Source: Candidatus Versatilivorator sp. (lineage in GTDB: Bacteria; Acidobacteriota; Terriglobia; Versatilivoradales; Versatilivoraceae). Taken from it: DNA of 64,000 nucleotides. The position numbers and the translations under genes are program-made. Positions 58,043-64,000 of the stretch are shown one piece after another. A model generated the notes under the pieces. It worked only from the letters and a program-made list of their open reading frames with translations. It was not told the DNA's origin and did no database searches. Position 1 is the stretch's first letter. Each line of letters starts with the position of its first letter. The stretch is taken from positions 1,632,001-1,696,000 of the forward strand of contig OZ242296.1 in assembly GCA_965207735.1 (NCBI GenBank), read 5' to 3'.

Positions 58043-58078
58043 GAACTCCGACTCTCCGCCGACCTGCGGGACGGGCGC

Positions 58079-58501
58079 TTACGGATTGGTCGGCGCGGTG
58101 CAGACCAGGATTTCCATGGTTTCGTCGCCGGTGTTGTCCACGGCGTGCTCGCACCAGGCGGGAAGGTGGACAAACACCCCCGGCTTTACCGGCACCCTCC
58201 GGCCCGCCAGGATCATGTCGCCATTGCCCCGCAGGACCAGGTAGCACTCCTCGGTATAGTGACTGGCCGTCTCTGAGGTCACATGGGGCGGCAGATAGTA
58301 CATGGTCAACCCGAAGTTCTTGGAAGGGGCCTTGGGGTTGGTGGGATGCAGGACCCGCACCCCGATCCCTTCGCTGCCGGGGAACTTGAGCGGCAACCCG
58401 TCCTGAACCGTCACCACGTTTGGCTGCGCCGGTTCCGCCGGCTTGGGAATCGACGGTTCCTCACCACTTTGATAGCCCTTGTAATGGGTAATCTCTGCCA
58501 C
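58079..58501 (-). CDS. cupin domain protein
   Basis: SHYTEECYLVLRGNG...VKPGVFVHLPAWCEHAVDNTG. Confidence 0.85.
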   Translation of the reverse strand: MAEITHYKGYQSGEEPSIPKPAEPAQPNVVTVQDGLPLKFPGSEGIGVRVLHPTNPKAPSKNFGLTMYYLPPHVTSETASHYTEECYLVLRGNGDMILAGRRVPVKPGVFVHLPAWCEHAVDNTGDETMEILVCTAPTNP

Positions 58502-58571
58502 TTGAACACCTCGTTTCTATTCGGGGGTAACCCCGGAATGTCAGCTCTCCACCACCCGCCAGCCATTGTCA

Positions 58572-60260
58572 CTACGTCGTCCAGACCCGGTAGGGCCCGG
58601 TGTCCGGGTCCTGGCCGCGGGCGAAGTTCTTGCCGTCCAGGTATTTTACCTCCATCTCCACGTCCTTCAGGGCCAGATCGGGGATGATGTCGCCGTCGCG
58701 GTGCAGGAGCGTCACTTCCACCTTGTTTTTCCCCTGCATGGGCCAGTGGTCTCTGGGAAGCCGGTAGATGAACCAGTAGCCGAACACCCGGTAACGGGGA
58801 GCTCTCATCCGGTAGACCCGATTGATTTTTCTCAGGCTCGATTTGGGCAGCTTCTTGCCGTTGAAGCGGAATTCCAGTCGGTCGGTTTCGGTGGCTCCGG
58901 ACAGCCGGAATCGGAGCATGACCTCGTGGACCCGGCCCATCTTGTCCCAGCGGGGCAGGTCGTCCGAGACCGCCAGCTGGGTCTTTACGGGCTGGTTCAC
59001 TTTCAGCGGTCTGGGCAGGGGCATCTCCGGACCGGTGGCTCCTTGCTTGGTGGGCACATAGTAAAACTTATCCTTGGCGGTCATGATATCGGGGTGGCTC
59101 ATCTCCCGCAACTGTGCATAGAACTCAGCGCGGTAGGGATAGGCCGTGAACCACTGGGATAGATAGAGTCCATCGATGCCCTGGGCCCAATAGTTGCAGG
59201 CCACGGCTCGAATGAACTCGATAGTGCCGTTGTCCAGCCTGTCGGAGTGAACTTCGGGCTGGATGACGGCATGCACCCGGCAATCCCTGTTCTGGGCCGC
59301 TTCCACCATGGGACGAAAATCGGCCAGTTGATCCATCCTGTAGGAATAGCTCTCTCCAATCACAACTTCCACGATCCCCCGATCGATCCACTCCCGCACG
59401 TCCAGGCCCCGGGAGTTGGCCTCCTCCAGGCTGACCGGCACCCGAACCGCCAGCTCGCGGTTGGATCCGCTGGCCTTGAGGGCGTCATGAATCCGCTTGA
59501 CCCAGGCGGTCATGAGGTCTCGACCAGCATCTACCTCCTTGGGATGGAGGTAGTGGTAGTGACCGAAAAGCAACTCAAAGCCGTCCACCGGGTAGTTCTG
59601 CAGCACTTCCTGGATGAGAGCGAAGCGCTCGTCCCGAACTTCCTGGTGCTTGAAGTCCAACTTCCGCAACCCCGGAAAACTCTCATCCAGATCGCCCCTG
59701 GCTCCGATCTCCAAGTGCTGGTTTTCCCAGGTGAAATTAGCCGACCGAACGTCCCCCCGGCGGTCTTTCCCTCTCCCCCGATTGAGAAATAGGGAAGGAA
59801 AGATGGCCAGTCCCTTGGCCCGGGCCCGCTCGCACACGATACGCAGGGGATCCCCTCCGGAATCCAACATCATGCGGGCGTTCTGGTGGGCCCGGCGAAA
59901 GACCATGTGGGTCCACTCCTTCACCGGATCCCCCCAAAGCTCGCCGACCTTGGTATCGTGCAACACCGTCCGGCCATCTCCCAAACCGAACATCAAGGCA
60001 TCCACCGGAGTGCCCACCAAGTCGTCCACCGAGGCTTCGAACTCTTCCTTCAGCATGGGGGGCTCGTACATGTAGATGGACGAATGGCGGCTGTCGTCAT
60101 AGTACATGAGCCGCGGTTTCCTACCCGAACCGTGACCTCCGGGACCGGAAGCCGATGGCGCCAGGCTGGCGGCCCCGGCGGATACGGCGGCCACACTGAG
60201 TGGGGCATTGGAGACCAGGCCTGCGGTGAGTGCCGTCCTCACGAATTCGCGTCGCTTCAT
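58572..60260 (-). CDS. Tat-exported GHL10/DUF187-like TIM-barrel protein (paralog 2)
   Basis: KRREFV Tat motif; colinear with 44359..46056 (YMYEPPM.KEEFEA, RRAHQNA, DGFEL, ACNYWAQG.DGLYL). Confidence 0.78.
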   Translation of the reverse strand: MKRREFVRTALTAGLVSNAPLSVAAVSAGAASLAPSASGPGGHGSGRKPRLMYYDDSRHSSIYMYEPPMLKEEFEASVDDLVGTPVDALMFGLGDGRTVLHDTKVGELWGDPVKEWTHMVFRRAHQNARMMLDSGGDPLRIVCERARAKGLAIFPSLFLNRGRGKDRRGDVRSANFTWENQHLEIGARGDLDESFPGLRKLDFKHQEVRDERFALIQEVLQNYPVDGFELLFGHYHYLHPKEVDAGRDLMTAWVKRIHDALKASGSNRELAVRVPVSLEEANSRGLDVREWIDRGIVEVVIGESYSYRMDQLADFRPMVEAAQNRDCRVHAVIQPEVHSDRLDNGTIEFIRAVACNYWAQGIDGLYLSQWFTAYPYRAEFYAQLREMSHPDIMTAKDKFYYVPTKQGATGPEMPLPRPLKVNQPVKTQLAVSDDLPRWDKMGRVHEVMLRFRLSGATETDRLEFRFNGKKLPKSSLRKINRVYRMRAPRYRVFGYWFIYRLPRDHWPMQGKNKVEVTLLHRDGDIIPDLALKDVEMEVKYLDGKNFARGQDPDTGPYRVWTT

Positions 60261-60338
60261 TATTCAAGACTCCTTTCCAAAGATTGTCGAACTTTTCCGA
60301 ACCAGGTCAGGGACCACCCCGTTCCCGGCTCCTTCAGG

Positions 60339-62039
60339 CTAGGACATATGCACCACGTAGGAACCAGCGTCGGGATCCTGGCCGCCCTGGCCGCGGGCAA
60401 AGTTCTTTCCTCCCAGATACTTGATTTCCATTTCCACGTCCCTCAGGATCAGTTCGGGAACGATGTCGGCATCGCGCCGCAACAAAGTTGCCTCCACCTG
60501 GTTCGAGCCTCTCTCGGGCCAGTGTTCCCGGGGAAGACGCCACACGAACCAGTAGCTGTGCACCCGGAAGCGCGGGGCTCGCAAACTGTAGTACCGATTA
60601 ATCTTTCTCAAGCCGGAATCGGGCAGCTCCTTTCCGTTGAAGCGAAACCTCACTTGATCGGTCTCGGTGGAACTAATGAACCTCAAGCGGAGCAGCACCT
60701 CATGCACCCGTCCTGCCTTGTCCCAACGATCCAGATCGTCTGCGATCGGCAACGGCACCTGGACCGGCTGATTCATCTTCAGGGTGCGGGGCAGCGCCGG
60801 TTTCGGCTCGGAAGGATTGGGTTTGAAAACACTTTGGGTCGAGACGTAATAGTACTTGTCCCGGGGCGCCATCACGTCCGGATCGGCCACTTCCCGAAGC
60901 CGTTCATAGAAGCTGGGCTCGTAGGGCCAGGCGGCAAACCACTGAGCCAGGTAGATCCCGTCCACGCCTTGCTCCCAGCAGTTGCAGGCGACGGCCCGGG
61001 TGATCTCGATGGGGCCGTCCTTCAGCCGGTCGGAGTAGACTCCCAGGCCGATGGCTCCGTGAATGCGGCAGCTCGAGCCCTTGGCCGCCTGCACCAGGGG
61101 ACGGAAATCGGCCTGCTGATCCATGGCATGCTGATAGGTCTCGCCGATCAGGACGTCCACGATGCCCTGCCGGATCCACTCGCGCACGTCCAGGCCCAGG
61201 GCATGGGAAGTCTCGATGCTGGCCGGGACCCGGATGGCCAGCTCTCTTCCCTCCCCGCTGGCTTTGACGGCATCGTAGACCCGCTTGATCCAGGCCGTCA
61301 TCAGGGAGCGCCCCTGTTCCACCTCCCCGGGATGGAAGAAGAGCACCGCGGGGCTCTTGTAGTTCAACTGCAGCTCGAAGCCGTCCACCGGGTAGTTCCG
61401 CAGCACCTCGTCGATCACCGCAAAGCGTTCGTCGCGGACCTCCTGGTGCTTGAAATCGAGGTTGGTGCTTCCTGCCAGATCCTTCAAATCGCCCTTGGCC
61501 CCGATCTCCAGGTGCAGGTTCTCCCAGCGGAAGTTGGAACTGCGGACGTCCTCGTCCCGAGTTCCCCGCCGGCCCTGGTTCACCAGCAGGGTGGGATAGA
61601 TGGCCACTCCCTTGGCCTGCGCCCGCTCACAGATGATGCGGAGGGGGTCCCGGCCCGAGTCCAGCATCATGCGGGCATTCTGGTGGGCCCGCCGGAAGAT
61701 CAGGTGGGGCCATTTCTTCACCCGGTCCCCCAGCACCTCGCTGACCTTGGTGTCGTGGAACATGGTTCGCCCGTCGGCCAGCCCGTACATCAGGGCATCC
61801 ACGGGAGTTCCCACGATCTCGTCCACCGCCGCCTCGAACTCCTCCTTCTCCATGGGCGGCTCGTACATGTAGAGGGCCGGATGACGGCTGTCGTGGTAGA
61901 ACATGACCCGCGACCTTTTTTTGGCCCCGTGCTGTTTGGGCCCGGCAGCGGGCGGCGTCAGGCCCAGCGCCCGCGAGGGCGCCCCACCCGAGGCCAGCCC
62001 TGCCGCCAGGGCGGTGGTTACGAATTCACGTCGTTTCAT
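60339..62039 (-). CDS. Tat-exported GHL10/DUF187-like TIM-barrel protein (paralog 3)
   Basis: Start placed at MKRREFV; same conserved blocks as the other two paralogs. Confidence 0.78.
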   Translation of the reverse strand: MKRREFVTTALAAGLASGGAPSRALGLTPPAAGPKQHGAKKRSRVMFYHDSRHPALYMYEPPMEKEEFEAAVDEIVGTPVDALMYGLADGRTMFHDTKVSEVLGDRVKKWPHLIFRRAHQNARMMLDSGRDPLRIICERAQAKGVAIYPTLLVNQGRRGTRDEDVRSSNFRWENLHLEIGAKGDLKDLAGSTNLDFKHQEVRDERFAVIDEVLRNYPVDGFELQLNYKSPAVLFFHPGEVEQGRSLMTAWIKRVYDAVKASGEGRELAIRVPASIETSHALGLDVREWIRQGIVDVLIGETYQHAMDQQADFRPLVQAAKGSSCRIHGAIGLGVYSDRLKDGPIEITRAVACNCWEQGVDGIYLAQWFAAWPYEPSFYERLREVADPDVMAPRDKYYYVSTQSVFKPNPSEPKPALPRTLKMNQPVQVPLPIADDLDRWDKAGRVHEVLLRLRFISSTETDQVRFRFNGKELPDSGLRKINRYYSLRAPRFRVHSYWFVWRLPREHWPERGSNQVEATLLRRDADIVPELILRDVEMEIKYLGGKNFARGQGGQDPDAGSYVVHMS

Positions 62040-62128
62040 TCCCCTGCTCCTTTCCCAAATGGATTCATCTCTTACCCCGCATCGGCCGCAACCGGGGCGC
62101 GATTGAGCCTGTCGGCCCACATCGACGT

Positions 62129-63151
62129 CTACGCCTCGATCGCCGCCATCATGGCATCGAAGGTCTTGCGGTCCAAACCGCGAGTGTGAAAATAATTCCG
62201 AGGGTGGCCGACCAGGTCGGCGAAGACCGCCAGTTGGTTCAGCGTCTCCTGCACCTCCTGGTGGGTGCATCCGATCTCGGCCGGACGAAAACGGGTGCGG
62301 CACGCCTCCAGCATTGCCTTGGTCCGATCGAACCCCCAGCCATAGAGATAGGCGTTGATCAACGAGCCCAGGGCTACCGCTTCCCCGTGCAGCAGTTCCC
62401 GGCCGTGGACCCACTCGAAGGTGATGCAGAAGGAGTGGTCCAGACTGTGACCCACCTTGAGCGAGTGCAGCTTCAGGTCGTATCGCTCCCGGTTGACCTC
62501 GGCCGCGACTCTGATGCCGGCTTCCCCGGGCTGGCCGCCTTCATCCAGACTCTGACAATATACCTGCACCCGGCTGTCAACCCAGTCCAGAAGCTCATCG
62601 GCCACCTCCTGGTCCCAGGCCGGAGCCTCCAGATTCTGGTCCAGCCACCACTTCCAGGCCCCGATCTGGGAAAGATAGCAGATGCACTCGGCCATGCCGG
62701 AACAATTCAAGTGGGCGGGAGCCTGGCGGATGACACCGTAGTCGAACAGCAGATACTCGGGGGCGATCGTCTCCATGAGCCACTCGAACCGTTCCCGACG
62801 CCTCAGCGCCAACGGCGACTGAAAGACGGCTCCGGTGGAGACGATGGTGGGAATCATGACCAGCGGCCATCCCTTTTTCCAGGCCAGGTATTTGCCCACA
62901 TCCAGCGCATTGCCGCCCCCGATCGCCAGCATCCGTTGCGCCTCGGGAAGCGCTGCCAGCATCTCATCCAGGATGGCTTCGCGCATGCCTCGCTGAAGCA
63001 CCACTTGCCGGGGGCGATGGACCAGCAGAGGCTCCACCAAGGCCATGGCCCTGGGGGAAGAAACCACCACCGCATCCTGAAACCGCGGAGCATGCCGGGA
63101 AATCAGATCCCACCCGTAGCGGGCATCCCATTGGCGGCTGTCCAGAACCAC
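62129..63151 (-). CDS. glycerol-1-phosphate dehydrogenase-like (Fe-ADH/DHQS superfamily) oxidoreductase
   Basis: AIGGGNALDVGKY, IPTIVSTGA, APAHLNCSG, DH and LHGEAVALG. Confidence 0.72.
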   Translation of the reverse strand: MVLDSRQWDARYGWDLISRHAPRFQDAVVVSSPRAMALVEPLLVHRPRQVVLQRGMREAILDEMLAALPEAQRMLAIGGGNALDVGKYLAWKKGWPLVMIPTIVSTGAVFQSPLALRRRERFEWLMETIAPEYLLFDYGVIRQAPAHLNCSGMAECICYLSQIGAWKWWLDQNLEAPAWDQEVADELLDWVDSRVQVYCQSLDEGGQPGEAGIRVAAEVNRERYDLKLHSLKVGHSLDHSFCITFEWVHGRELLHGEAVALGSLINAYLYGWGFDRTKAMLEACRTRFRPAEIGCTHQEVQETLNQLAVFADLVGHPRNYFHTRGLDRKTFDAMMAAIEA

Positions 63152-63250
63152 GCCGTCAACTCCTCTCTAGCCTCTCTTCCCTTGAAACCGCGCTTGGCCT
63201 ATGATGGACGCTCCAGCCGATCCGCGGCCGTTGCCCGGGAAGGAACAGAC

Positions 63251-64000
63251 ATGAAGATAACCGACATCAAGACCTTTTTCGTGGGGGTTCAGGGCAAAAA
63301 TCTGCTGATCGTCAAAGTCGAGACCGACCGGGGCATCCACGGCATCGGGCAGGGGGGCACCACCACCCGTGAGCAGGCCATGACCGGGGCCATCGAGCAC
63401 ATGCGCCACTTTCTGATCGGCCAGGACCCCCGCCGCATCGAGGACATCAACCAGGAGCTGTACCGGGGACAGTATTACGAAGGCGGAACCATCATTACCG
63501 CCGTCACCTCCGCCGTCGACATCGCCCTTTGGGACATCCTGGGAAAGCACCTGAACACACCCGTCTGGCAATTGCTGGGGGGAGCCACCCGCCAGCAGGT
63601 CACCTGCTACATCGACGGCCCGGCCGGGGCCGGCGACAGCTACGCCGATCAGGCCGAGGACCTGGTCGGCAAGGGCTGGAGGACCATCCGCTTCGCCCCC
63701 GAGACCGGAGACCCCGACTTCCGCCAGGACCGGGACAGTATCTTCGAACCCTGGGAGTCCATCGACTGGACGGCCGACCAGATCCGGCAGGCCCGCAAGC
63801 GTGTGGGGCCCAAGATCCGACTGGCCATCGACTACCACCACCGCCTCAACGTGGCCGAGGCGGCCGCCTTCTGCCAGCGCATCCGGGACGTGGATCTCAT
63901 GTTCCTGGAAGAGCCCATCCGGTCCGAGAGCCCGGATGCCTACGCCGCTCTCAGGGCCATGACGCCGATGCCCTTCGCCATCGGCGAGGAGTTTTCGGGG
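63251..64000 (+). CDS. mandelate racemase/enolase superfamily dehydratase (galactonate dehydratase-like), partial
   Basis: Not in the ORF track. Manual translation: MKITDIKTF...VKVETDRGIHGIG...GQDPRRIE...SAVDIALWDILGK.LNTPVWQLLGG...IDYHHRL...FLEEP...IGEE; runs off the window. Confidence 0.88.
   Translation, partial: MKITDIKTFFVGVQGKNLLIVKVETDRGIHGIGQGGTTTREQAMTGAIEHMRHFLIGQDPRRIEDINQELYRGQYYEGGTIITAVTSAVDIALWDILGKHLNTPVWQLLGGATRQQVTCYIDGPAGAGDSYADQAEDLVGKGWRTIRFAPETGDPDFRQDRDSIFEPWESIDWTADQIRQARKRVGPKIRLAIDYHHRLNVAEAAAFCQRIRDVDLMFLEEPIRSESPDAYAALRAMTPMPFAIGEEFSG

Noticed and set aside
59886-62189. Long antisense ORFs (767 aa here; also 17000..18757, 30522..32015, 47003..48421, 10666..11820)
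   Set aside because: These are shadows of well-supported genes on the opposite strand, expected at high GC, with no recognisable motifs.

Overview
GC-rich bacterial chromosomal segment, most consistent with an Acidobacteriota genome (SpoIVB/S55 peptidase, lpxD, Tes-like radical SAM, many Tat-exported catabolic enzymes). A host-associated or marine-symbiont origin is possible but is inference only. The first ~30 kb is mostly housekeeping: mobA, ArnT-like GT, trxA, mutY, lpxD, yefM-yoeB, an S1 protein, SOD, fabH, murB, yggX, moaA and erpA. It also holds two notable modules: a phnW-less phosphonate catabolic operon (MFS-phnA-phnY-Zn ADH), and a tetraether-synthase-like radical SAM gene next to a 2Fe-2S ferredoxin-domain gene and erpA. 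The remaining ~34 kb is an accessory catabolic region: seven Tat-signal proteins (3 Gfo/Idh/MocA, 3 GHL10-like TIM barrels, 1 beta-propeller), tandem amidohydrolases, 2 sodium:solute symporters, a cyclase, a cupin, a G1PDH-like enzyme and an enolase. It is interrupted by a cluster of mostly orphan antitoxins with truncated toxin remnants (39.1-44.1 kb) and by a nest of non-coding repeats (53.5-58.0 kb) into which an IS5-like element has inserted with a 4-bp target duplication. No rRNA, tRNA or CRISPR array was seen. All family calls come from motif recognition by eye; no database search was run.
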